From assembly GCF_003205875.1 (NCBI RefSeq), contig NZ_PUBZ01000089.1:64001-75911 (forward strand): 11,911 nucleotides of DNA, written 5' to 3'. The stretch is from Herpetosiphon llansteffanensis (GTDB lineage Bacteria > Chloroflexota > Chloroflexia > Chloroflexales > Herpetosiphonaceae). The notes beneath the pieces are model-generated. The model was not told where the DNA came from. It saw only the letters and a program-made list of their open reading frames with translations, and made no database searches. The position numbers were made by a program, and so were the translations under genes. This document shows positions 6,224 to 11,911 of the stretch, one piece after another. Position 1 is the first letter of the stretch, and each line of letters opens with the position of its first letter.

Positions 6224-7303
6224 TTACTCGCTGATTTTCACGTTCAAGCGAGCAGCAATTTGGCTGACTTGGCCGGTAATTGCATCAGCACGATTTTGGG
6301 CTTCAGCACCGAGCAAATCGGCTTCTTCAGCAGTAAAGCGTTGGCCAGCTTGTTCTTTTTTGTGCACATCGGCAACAAAATCGCGGAGGCCTTGCAAGTT
6401 GGTCTTGATTTGGCGATCTTGGTCGGCATCGAGGGTGGCAATTTTGGGGCTAAGGCTATCGTAGACAACTTGCAAGCTGCCCAGAATATCGCCAATGTCG
6501 GCCAAGCGTGAGATGGCCACAAAATCGCGTTGGGTGCTGCTATCGCCAGCAACAAAGCGCGAATTCTTCCACGAATCGAAATATTCGTTCATGGTTGGCA
6601 CCATCACGACCAAGGCGCTGAATGCGTCGCTGTCGGTTGGTTCCCACGCTTTGGCGGCGATATCAAGCTCGGTTGCGGTAGCCTTGAGCTTTTGGGCTGC
6701 TGCCAATAAGACATTGGCTTCTGGCAACGATTCGCCAAATTCCACCGTGCCGTTGCCGTTGATGTCTGCTTCAACATCGGTGATGCGGAAGGCATCGTAC
6801 GTGCCCCAGAGCGTGCTTTCGGTTACGCCAAACAAGTTGCCTGGTTTGGCAACCGTGCGGCCATCAGCCAAGCTCAAATCATAATTGACCACGCTATCGC
6901 CGCCTTCTTCTGCAGAAGCACCAGCATCAAGCGTTACGTCGAAATCGGCCAAGCTGCTTACTCCTGCAACGATCCCTTCCATTTGTTCGTAGGTAGGGCT
7001 GGATTTCAACCAAGCTGCTTTGGCATCGTTCAAGGTCGTGCCAACCTCAGCTTGCTTGCTGCGCCAGAGCGTTGCATAATCGAAATTAGCAGCTTTTGCC
7101 AAATCATAATAGCGCTGGCTAGCGGTTTCCAAAGCGGTGGTACTGGTGATCAAATCGCCAGTTTTGCCCAAAAGATAGGTCTTGATTGCGCCAAGTTCGC
7201 CAGCGGCGGCAGCTTGGGTTGGTTGCGTGGTAGGAGCAGCCTGTTCAGCACCACAGCCGAAAAGCACTGCTACGAGAGTTAATGCACAAAGCCAACGATA
7301 CAT
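6224..7303 (-). CDS. Imelysin/EfeO-EfeM-like periplasmic lipoprotein; the His of the HxxE motif is apparently replaced; it contains an EF-hand-like loop
   Basis: I preferred the ATG at 7303 with GGAGG 10 nt upstream; the track's start at 7327 is a TTG. The signal peptide MYRWLCALTLVAVLFGC ends in an LFGC lipobox. The core AAWLKSSPTYEQMEG ...(~45 aa)... GNLFGVTESTLWG (6803-6841) matches the imelysin pattern aW..sP.YE..E ... G.H.iE.LLWG, except that His becomes Gly-Val. DINGNGTVEFGE (6731-6766) fits the canonical 12-residue EF-hand loop. Confidence 0.7.
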   Translation of the reverse strand: MYRWLCALTLVAVLFGCGAEQAAPTTQPTQAAAAGELGAIKTYLLGKTGDLITSTTALETASQRYYDLAKAANFDYATLWRSKQAEVGTTLNDAKAAWLKSSPTYEQMEGIVAGVSSLADFDVTLDAGASAEEGGDSVVNYDLSLADGRTVAKPGNLFGVTESTLWGTYDAFRITDVEADINGNGTVEFGESLPEANVLLAAAQKLKATATELDIAAKAWEPTDSDAFSALVVMVPTMNEYFDSWKNSRFVAGDSSTQRDFVAISRLADIGDILGSLQVVYDSLSPKIATLDADQDRQIKTNLQGLRDFVADVHKKEQAGQRFTAEEADLLGAEAQNRADAITGQVSQIAARLNVKISE

Positions 7304-7380
7304 GAGCCAGAAACCTCCAAATGCCAAGGTCTAGTTAAATCTGTTAGTACGGAAAAAACTGTTTTTATTGTGATTGGCAG

Positions 7381-7409
7381 AGTATACGTCGCGCTATTGG
7401 TTCTGTCAA
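7381..7409 (-). promoter_or_regulatory. Sigma70-type promoter of the lipoprotein-FTR1 operon
   Basis: On the minus strand TTGACA (complement of 7404-7409) is followed by a 17-nt spacer and TATACT (complement of 7381-7386). This puts the TSS near 7374 and gives a ~70-nt leader to the ATG at 7303. Confidence 0.55.
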
Positions 7410-7412
7410 ACG

Positions 7413-7423
7413 AGAATGATTCT
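7413..7423. promoter_or_regulatory. 5-1-5 palindrome AGAAT-G-ATTCT abutting the -35 element; candidate operator with weak Fur-box-like half (GAGAATGAT)
   Basis: It is a perfect inverted repeat 4 nt upstream of the -35, centred near -44 relative to the predicted TSS. It lies in the divergent intergenic region shared with the CNNM gene. Confidence 0.3.
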
Positions 7424-7568
7424 TAGATTTAAGCAGAATAATCACGCCGAAACATGCTTCAACGCGAGGTCAAGTCAATGGTACAATTTGTGATATTACA
7501 GCACAAGGAATCCCAATAAAATTTAACCTGTGCTGGAGCCATTCTATGTTTGAGAAAGGAACAATTGA

Positions 7569-8867
7569 ATGCTAAGTGACATAGCCAGCGAGCTAGGAAT
7601 TGTCTTGGTATTGCTGGTTGCCAACGGGGTTTTTGCTGCATCGGAGCTAGCCATGGTTTCGGCGCGGCGTTCTCGCTTAGAACAACAAGCCGCCGATGGC
7701 GATCTTCGGGCAAAGAAGGCCCTGCAACTCGCCGACCAACCTGATCGCTTATTAGCCACCGTTCAAGTTGGGATCACGTTAATTGGTACGTTTGCAGCAG
7801 CTTTTGGGGGCGCGAATATTAGCAAACCCTTTGCCGAATATCTGAAAACGATTCCTGCGCTCGAGAGTTATGCCGATTCAATTGCCTTTACGGTGGTTGT
7901 ATTGCTCATCACCTATCTGTCGTTGATTATTGGTGAGCTTGTGCCAAAACGCTTAGCCTTGTTGCATGCAGATACGATTGCCCGCAACCTTGCGCCCTTG
8001 CTTTCGTGGCTTTCGTGGCTCACCAGGCCAATCGTCTGGGTGCTGACCAATTCATCAACGTTGATTTTGATGTTGATTGGCCAGAACAAAAAGCCTGATT
8101 CTAGCATAACTGAAGACGATATTTTGTATATGACGCGTGAAGGGCGAGCTGGCGGCACAGTCGCCTTGCACGAAGAAGCGTTAATCTCACGGGTTTTCGA
8201 TTTTTCGGATCGCACGGCGCGCATGCTGATGACACCCCGTCCAGATGTGGTAGCAGTCAGCGCCAACACCCCGCTTGCTGAAATCACTCGCATTGCAGTT
8301 GAACATGGCTATTCGCGCATGCCAGTTTACGAAGGCGATTCGCTTGACCGCTCGATTGGCACGATCTATATAAAGGATGTGTTGCCATCGATGTTGGGCA
8401 ACGACCAACGCCAACTGCGTGAATTGGTGCGCCCGCCAACCTATGTATTGGAGCACGAGCCTGTTTCCAAAATGTTGAGTCTGTTTCGCCGCACTGGCTC
8501 GCACATGGCTTTAGTGGTCGATGAATATGGCCAGATTTCGGGGATTCTGACCCTCGAAGATGTTTTAGAAGAACTGGTTGGCGATATTCGCGATGAATAT
8601 GATTCCAACGAAGAACAAACCATGGTCAAACGTGATGATGGCTCATGGCTGATCGACGGCTCTGAATCCTACGCTGTGATTGCTGATCGCTTGAATATTG
8701 CGATTAATGATGCCAACGATTTTGTGACAATTGCAGGCTATGTGTTAAACGAGCTGCATCGCTTGCCAAATGTTGGTGATCATGTGGCTTGGGATGAATA
8801 CGATGTTGAAGTGATCGATATGGATGGGCGGCGGATTGATAAAGTCTTGATCAAAAAACGCGCCTAA
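7569..8867 (+). CDS. CNNM/HlyC-CorC family transporter (DUF21 TM domain + CBS pair + CorC_HlyC C-terminal domain); hemolysin-family protein
   Basis: The 432-aa protein has an N-terminal 4-TM DUF21-like region followed by two CBS-like segments. The C-terminus (DGSWLIDGSESYAVIADRLNIAI...DHVAWDEYDVEVIDMDGRRIDKVLIKK) is typical of the CorC/HlyC transporter-associated domain. The RBS GAGAAAGGA sits 9 nt before the ATG. Confidence 0.85.
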   Translation: MLSDIASELGIVLVLLVANGVFAASELAMVSARRSRLEQQAADGDLRAKKALQLADQPDRLLATVQVGITLIGTFAAAFGGANISKPFAEYLKTIPALESYADSIAFTVVVLLITYLSLIIGELVPKRLALLHADTIARNLAPLLSWLSWLTRPIVWVLTNSSTLILMLIGQNKKPDSSITEDDILYMTREGRAGGTVALHEEALISRVFDFSDRTARMLMTPRPDVVAVSANTPLAEITRIAVEHGYSRMPVYEGDSLDRSIGTIYIKDVLPSMLGNDQRQLRELVRPPTYVLEHEPVSKMLSLFRRTGSHMALVVDEYGQISGILTLEDVLEELVGDIRDEYDSNEEQTMVKRDDGSWLIDGSESYAVIADRLNIAINDANDFVTIAGYVLNELHRLPNVGDHVAWDEYDVEVIDMDGRRIDKVLIKKRA

Positions 8868-8885
8868 ACTGCTTGATAATTGGGC

Positions 8886-8921
8886 AATGACGAAGCTCGT
8901 TTGAGTTTCGTCATTTGCGTT
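8886..8921 (+). terminator. Rho-independent terminator of the CNNM gene
   Basis: AAUGACGAAGCUC - GUUU tetraloop - GAGUUUCGUCAUU forms a 13-bp stem with one G-U pair, followed by UUUGCGUU. It begins 19 nt after the stop. Confidence 0.7.
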
Positions 8922-8971
8922 AAGCCGTCGCTGATTGAAGCTAAAAGCGCATGTATATAGCAAGAGGTGTT

Positions 8972-9571
8972 ATGCTTGATTTAGATCGTGCTTTAGCCCA
9001 ATTTCCCGTGTTGGAAACCGAGCGCCTGCTATTACGCCAGCCAGTTTTAGCCGATCGCGATCCAATGTTTGCGATTATGGCCGACCCACAGGTATTGCGC
9101 TATTTTGGTCAATTGCCAATGGAAACGCCTGAGCAAGCAGAAAATCGCTTGAACAGTCTCAAACGATCGTTTGAGCAAAAAATTGGCGTGCGCTGGGCCA
9201 TTACCTTGCACGAGCATGGCGAATGGATTGGCTCAGCTGGGTTTTGGCGGTTTGAGAGCGAGCATGCGCGGGCCGAAATTGGCTACGAATTGGCAGCGCA
9301 CTCTTGGGGTAAGGGCATTATGACCGAGGCCTTGCAGGCGATTCTACAATTTGGCTTTGAAACCCTTAAATTACATAGCATCGAAGCCCAGATTCACCCC
9401 GACAATCAAGGCTCGCGGCGGGCGCTCGAAAAAGTTGGCTTTCATCAAGAAGGGCTGCTGCGCGAGAATTACTTTGATATTGTCGAAAACCGCTTTACCG
9501 ACACCGTGGTATTTGGCTTACTTGGCGCTGATTGGCGGGCGGCGCAGGCCAAAAAGATTAATAACGGTTAA
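8972..9571 (+). CDS. GNAT-family N-acetyltransferase, RimJ/RimL-like (Acetyltransf_3 type)
   Basis: The protein has the pattern TERLLLRQ ... WAI ... G.IGSAGF ... EIGY.L....GKG..TEA ... H.DN.GS...EK.GF that is typical of RimJ/RimL-type GNATs. The start is uncertain. The ATG at 8972 follows AGAGGTG, but the spacer is only 2-4 nt. The track ATG at 8951 has no SD. Confidence 0.75.
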   Translation: MLDLDRALAQFPVLETERLLLRQPVLADRDPMFAIMADPQVLRYFGQLPMETPEQAENRLNSLKRSFEQKIGVRWAITLHEHGEWIGSAGFWRFESEHARAEIGYELAAHSWGKGIMTEALQAILQFGFETLKLHSIEAQIHPDNQGSRRALEKVGFHQEGLLRENYFDIVENRFTDTVVFGLLGADWRAAQAKKINNG

Positions 9572-9580
9572 GCCGAAGCT

Positions 9581-9609
9581 TTGACTTTTTATCGGCGCTA
9601 CGGTAGCAT
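9581..9609 (+). promoter_or_regulatory. Candidate sigma70 promoter for the small lipoprotein gene
   Basis: TTGACT (9581-9586), a 17-nt spacer, then TAGCAT (9604-9609). The ATG lies ~28 nt downstream of the predicted TSS. Confidence 0.35.
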
Positions 9610-9644
9610 AGCGAGCGATTGAAAACCCATGGAGGTTCTTACAG

Positions 9645-9881
9645 ATGCGCAAACACATGTTGGCTAGCCTTGTTGTGCTAGCACTCTTGGCTGGTTGTTC
9701 AACCACCGGTTCAGCTCCAACCACTGCTCCGGTTAACAACCAACCAACCAATCCGGCCCCAGCCCAAACTCCTGCAACCTACCCAACGCCAGCAGATGGC
9801 AACGTGGTTGTTGAGCCAACCTTGGAGCCAGGCCAATACCCAGTGCCTAACTCGCAACCAACGGCCTACCCAACTCCCTAG
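9645..9881 (+). CDS. Small (78 aa) Pro/Thr/Gln-rich secreted lipoprotein
   Basis: GGAGG at 9631-9635 sits 9 nt before the ATG. The signal peptide MRKHMLASLVVLALLAGC has a canonical LAGC lipobox. The mature part is low-complexity, with the motif YPTP recurring (PATYPTPADG ... PTAYPTP). Confidence 0.55.
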   Translation: MRKHMLASLVVLALLAGCSTTGSAPTTAPVNNQPTNPAPAQTPATYPTPADGNVVVEPTLEPGQYPVPNSQPTAYPTP

Positions 9882-9883
9882 GG

Positions 9884-9912
9884 TTGCACGGCCTTAGTGG
9901 TAGTGATATACT
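9884..9912 (+). promoter_or_regulatory. Candidate extended -10 promoter of the nusA operon
   Basis: TTGCAC (9884-9889), a 17-nt spacer, then TG-n-TATACT (TG at 9904-9905; -10 at 9907-9912). A second TATAAT at 9912-9917 overlaps it. Confidence 0.5.
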
Positions 9913-9937
9913 ATAATCAGTATGAAGTACACAGACC

Positions 9938-9970
9938 GAAACGTGGGTGTCCCCCACGTTTCTTCTTGTC
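9938..9970 (+). terminator. Terminator-like hairpin in the nusA leader (candidate autoregulatory attenuator), or the terminator of the upstream lipoprotein gene
   Basis: GAAACGTGGG (9938-9947) pairs perfectly with CCCACGTTTC (9953-9962), a 10-bp stem with a 5-nt loop. An interrupted U-tract UUCUUGUC follows. The hairpin sits at about +19 from the predicted TSS and ~95 nt upstream of the nusA ATG. Confidence 0.5.
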
Positions 9971-10056
9971 AACAAGGTTAACCAACGCAGGGTGGCTCCA
10001 TCAAAGCAGGTATTATGTCGATACCTGACCCACTGCACCCCTAAGCGAGGCTAGAT

Positions 10057-11391
10057 ATGAAAAGTGATTTTTACGCAGCTATTTCACAGATTGCCGCTGA
10101 ACGCGGCATTCCCCGCGAGTCGGTGCAGGATGTGGTCGAGCAAGCCCTAATTTCTGCCTATCGGCGTTATTTGGGCAATAATCCGCCACCCGTCGATGTT
10201 AAGATTGAATTAGAGCCAAACACTGGCCGCATTCGGGTTTACGCCGAGAAGCAAGTTGTTGATGAAGTGATGGATGATCGCTTCGAGATCGACATTGAAG
10301 ATGCGCGTAACGTGCGTGCCGATGTTGAAATTGGCGAAACCGTCTATGTTGAAAGCACGCCCGACGATTTTGGCCGGATTGCCGCCCAAACTGCCAAGCA
10401 AGTTGTGCTCCAACGGATCAAAGAAGTTGAACGCGACCATATTTATGGCGAATACTTTGATCGTGAAGGCGAAATTGTAACTGCCACCGTGCAGCGTACC
10501 GCCAAAGGCAACGTCATTTTGGAAGTTGGGCGTGCAGAAGCGATTCTGCCGCAAAAAGAGCAAATTAGCCACGACAACTATCGCCATGGTCAGCGGCTTA
10601 AAGTCTATTTGATGGAAGCCCGCCGTGATGATCCCCGTGGCCCGCGCTTGGTGGCCTCGCGCACCCACAAAGATTTGATCAAACGCTTGTTTGAGATGGA
10701 AGTGCCAGAAATTTATAACGGCACAGTTGAAATTAAATCAATTGCCCGCGAACCAGGCTTACGCTCGAAAGTAGCCGTGCATGCCCGTCAAGAAGGCATC
10801 GACCCGGTTGGCTCGTGCGTGGGGATGCGCGGGATTCGGATTCAAAATATTGTCAATGAGCTGAACGGCGAGAAGATCGACGTGGTGCAATGGGGCGCTG
10901 ATATGCGGGTATTTATTGCCAACGCCCTCAGCCCAGCCCAAGTCGTCGAAGTTCATCTTGATGAAGGCGAGAAAACGGCCACCGTGGTCGTGCCAGATAA
11001 ACAATTGTCGTTGGCAATTGGCAAGGAGGGCCAAAACGTTCGTTTGGCAGCCAAACTGGTTGGTTGGCGCATCGATATTAAGAGCGCATCTTCACTCCTC
11101 GAGGAAGAACGCGCTGCTGCCGAAGTGCGCGAAGCTGCCGCGTCGGAACAAATGCTGCAAGAAGCAGCGCTTTCAACCGCTAAAGTCGAAACCCGCAAGG
11201 TCCGTGTCGATTCCTTGGTTACCTATCAAGGGCGACAATATGGCCCATTGCCAGCAGAGATTATTGGCGAAGAAGTCGCGTTGCGTGCCGCCGCCCAAAA
11301 ACTCAATATTTATTTCAATGACAAGCTCATTGCTAGCTATATCATCGAAGATGAAGCTGGCGAGAGCGACGAGACGGATACCGAGGCATAG
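10057..11391 (+). CDS. nusA: Transcription termination/antitermination factor NusA, with a ~100-aa C-terminal extension
   Basis: The N-terminal domain, S1 region ([21 protein letters not shown]) and tandem KH domains ([15 protein letters not shown] ... [23 protein letters not shown]) are all present. GAGG lies 6 nt before the ATG. The gene is followed by ylxR, as in the conserved nusA operon. Confidence 0.92.
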   Translation: MKSDFYAAISQIAAERGIPRESVQDVVEQALISAYRRYLGNNPPPVDVKIELEPNTGRIRVYAEKQVVDEVMDDRFEIDIEDARNVRADVEIGETVYVESTPDDFGRIAAQTAKQVVLQRIKEVERDHIYGEYFDREGEIVTATVQRTAKGNVILEVGRAEAILPQKEQISHDNYRHGQRLKVYLMEARRDDPRGPRLVASRTHKDLIKRLFEMEVPEIYNGTVEIKSIAREPGLRSKVAVHARQEGIDPVGSCVGMRGIRIQNIVNELNGEKIDVVQWGADMRVFIANALSPAQVVEVHLDEGEKTATVVVPDKQLSLAIGKEGQNVRLAAKLVGWRIDIKSASSLLEEERAAAEVREAAASEQMLQEAALSTAKVETRKVRVDSLVTYQGRQYGPLPAEIIGEEVALRAAAQKLNIYFNDKLIASYIIEDEAGESDETDTEA

Positions 11392-11394
11392 CCT

Positions 11395-11718
11395 ATGGCT
11401 GCTCAAAAGCAGTCGCCGCGCCCACGCCATGTGCCACAGCGCATGTGTGTTGCTTGCCGGCGTACCGATAATAAACGTCAGTTGGTACGTCTTGTACGCT
11501 TGGCCGACCAAAGTGTTGTGGTCGATCCAAGTGGCAAGCAAGCGGGCCGCGGTGCATATCTCTGTGCTGAACGCCCATGTTGGACCAATGCGCTAAAGCG
11601 CGGGGCCTTAGAGCGAGCCTTGCGCGTCGAATTGAGCGCGATTGATCAGCAGGCTCTGCAAACAATTGCTGATCAATTTCCCGATGCTGACCCAGCGGTG
11701 GAGGCTGCGATGAACTAA
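11395..11718 (+). CDS. ylxR: YlxR/DUF448-family RNA-binding protein (RnpM-like) of the nusA-infB operon
   Basis: It carries the signature R.CV.CR.....L.R.V ... GRGAY.C....C. It starts 3 nt after the nusA stop, with GAGG 8 nt upstream. Confidence 0.85.
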   Translation: MAAQKQSPRPRHVPQRMCVACRRTDNKRQLVRLVRLADQSVVVDPSGKQAGRGAYLCAERPCWTNALKRGALERALRVELSAIDQQALQTIADQFPDADPAVEAAMN

Positions 11719-11801
11719 GCCGCATCACTGCCTTCGCCTCTGGCTTCAGCTTCCCAAGCCCTTAAACACAAACTTCGTGTTGGGCATTAGGAGGACCATA
11801 G

Positions 11802-11911
11802 ATGCCAGTTTCTCAAAAAAATACCCGCGATGGCGTAAGTGATCGCGCAAACAATCGCAAATCTAGCCGTGAAGGCTTCTCTGCTAGCAGCGGCGGCAGC
11901 GGTGGTAACCG
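11802..11911 (+). CDS. 5' end of a gene continuing beyond the window; by synteny probably translation initiation factor IF-2 (infB) with a low-complexity N-terminus
   Basis: A strong RBS, AGGAGG at 11789-11794, sits 7 nt before the ATG. The ORF (MPVSQKNTRDGVSDRANNRKSSREGFSASSGGSGGN...) is open to the window end. The position after nusA-ylxR is where infB usually sits. The visible 36 aa are not diagnostic. Confidence 0.4.
   Translation, partial: MPVSQKNTRDGVSDRANNRKSSREGFSASSGGSGGN

Noticed and set aside
7304-7327. Track start of the lipoprotein ORF at 7327
   Set aside because: That codon is TTG with no RBS. The ATG at 7303 has GGAGG 10 nt upstream and yields a proper lipoprotein signal peptide.
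7411-7426. Possible Fur box GAGAATGATTCTTAG
   Set aside because: It matches only ~9/12 of one half of the 19-bp Fur consensus and is 5-1-5 rather than 7-1-7. I kept it only as a generic candidate operator.
9572-9640. Weak hairpins after the GNAT gene (GCCGA...TCGGC; CGCTA...TAGCG)
   Set aside because: Stems are only 5 bp with long loops and no convincing U-tract, so I did not call a terminator.
9881-9912. tRNA-like D-loop word TAGTGGTAG
   Set aside because: Flanking sequence cannot form D-stem, anticodon or T-arm pairings, so it is not a tRNA. I saw no tRNA elsewhere. A GGTTCGATT word at 6163-6171 also lacks a T-stem.
9912-9917. Perfect TATAAT hexamer in the nusA upstream region
   Set aside because: It lies 22 nt from the only plausible -35. 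The overlapping TGaTATACT with 17-nt spacing is a better -10; I noted both.
10916-11596. 226-aa plus-strand ORF in an alternative frame of nusA/ylxR
   Set aside because: It overlaps two strongly supported genes in another frame. It is Arg/Lys/Ser-rich, which looks like a frame artefact.
1-11911. Mobile elements, CRISPR arrays and prophage remnants
   Set aside because: I saw no transposase-, integrase- or Cas-like ORFs, no terminal inverted repeats, no direct repeat arrays and no abrupt compositional shift.

Overview
The window is 11.9 kb of moderate-GC (~55%) bacterial chromosome. I found no mobile elements, CRISPR arrays, rRNA or tRNA genes. The codon style and an Ala/Gln-rich proteome suggest a Chloroflexota-like organism, but that is a guess. 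Reading left to right I call twelve genes. Positions 2-283 (+) hold the 3' end of an upstream gene. lgt (326-1228, +) follows and is closed by an intrinsic terminator. Next is a 459-aa protein (1363-2742, +) with an N-terminal Cys/His cluster, a central helical region, a Q/P/Y-rich disordered linker and a 61-residue C-terminal tail that is 41% cysteine; the tail is metallothionein-like and is encoded by a TGT/TGC-rich, quasi-repetitive DNA stretch. That gene is convergent with a DoxX-family membrane protein (2806-3258, -) and the two share a bidirectional terminator. On the minus strand sits an iron-uptake-like pair expressed from a near-consensus TTGACA-17-TATACT promoter. The first gene encodes an imelysin/EfeO-EfeM-like lipoprotein (6224-7303). 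It appears to have lost the His of the family's HxxE motif and carries an EF-hand-like DINGNGTVEFGE loop. The second gene is an FTR1/EfeU-family permease (3616-5946) with two REGxE motifs in a 7-TM core. The permease is fused to a signal peptide and a ~490-aa extracytoplasmic helical domain whose C-terminal part resembles the lipoprotein. The two genes are separated by a 277-nt highly structured spacer that contains a terminator-like hairpin. Downstream on the plus strand come a CNNM/CorC-HlyC transporter with a clean terminator, a RimJ/RimL-type GNAT acetyltransferase and a 78-aa Pro/Thr-rich lipoprotein. The window ends with nusA-ylxR(rnpM) followed by the start of a probable infB gene. nusA has no rimP upstream; instead it has its own extended -10 promoter followed at about +19 by a terminator-like hairpin, a candidate NusA-autoregulatory attenuator. 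NusA also carries an unusual ~100-aa acidic C-terminal extension. The leading novelty candidates are the poly-Cys-tailed protein and the atypical imelysin-lipoprotein/FTR1-fusion locus. All calls rest on motif-level reading; no database searches were possible.
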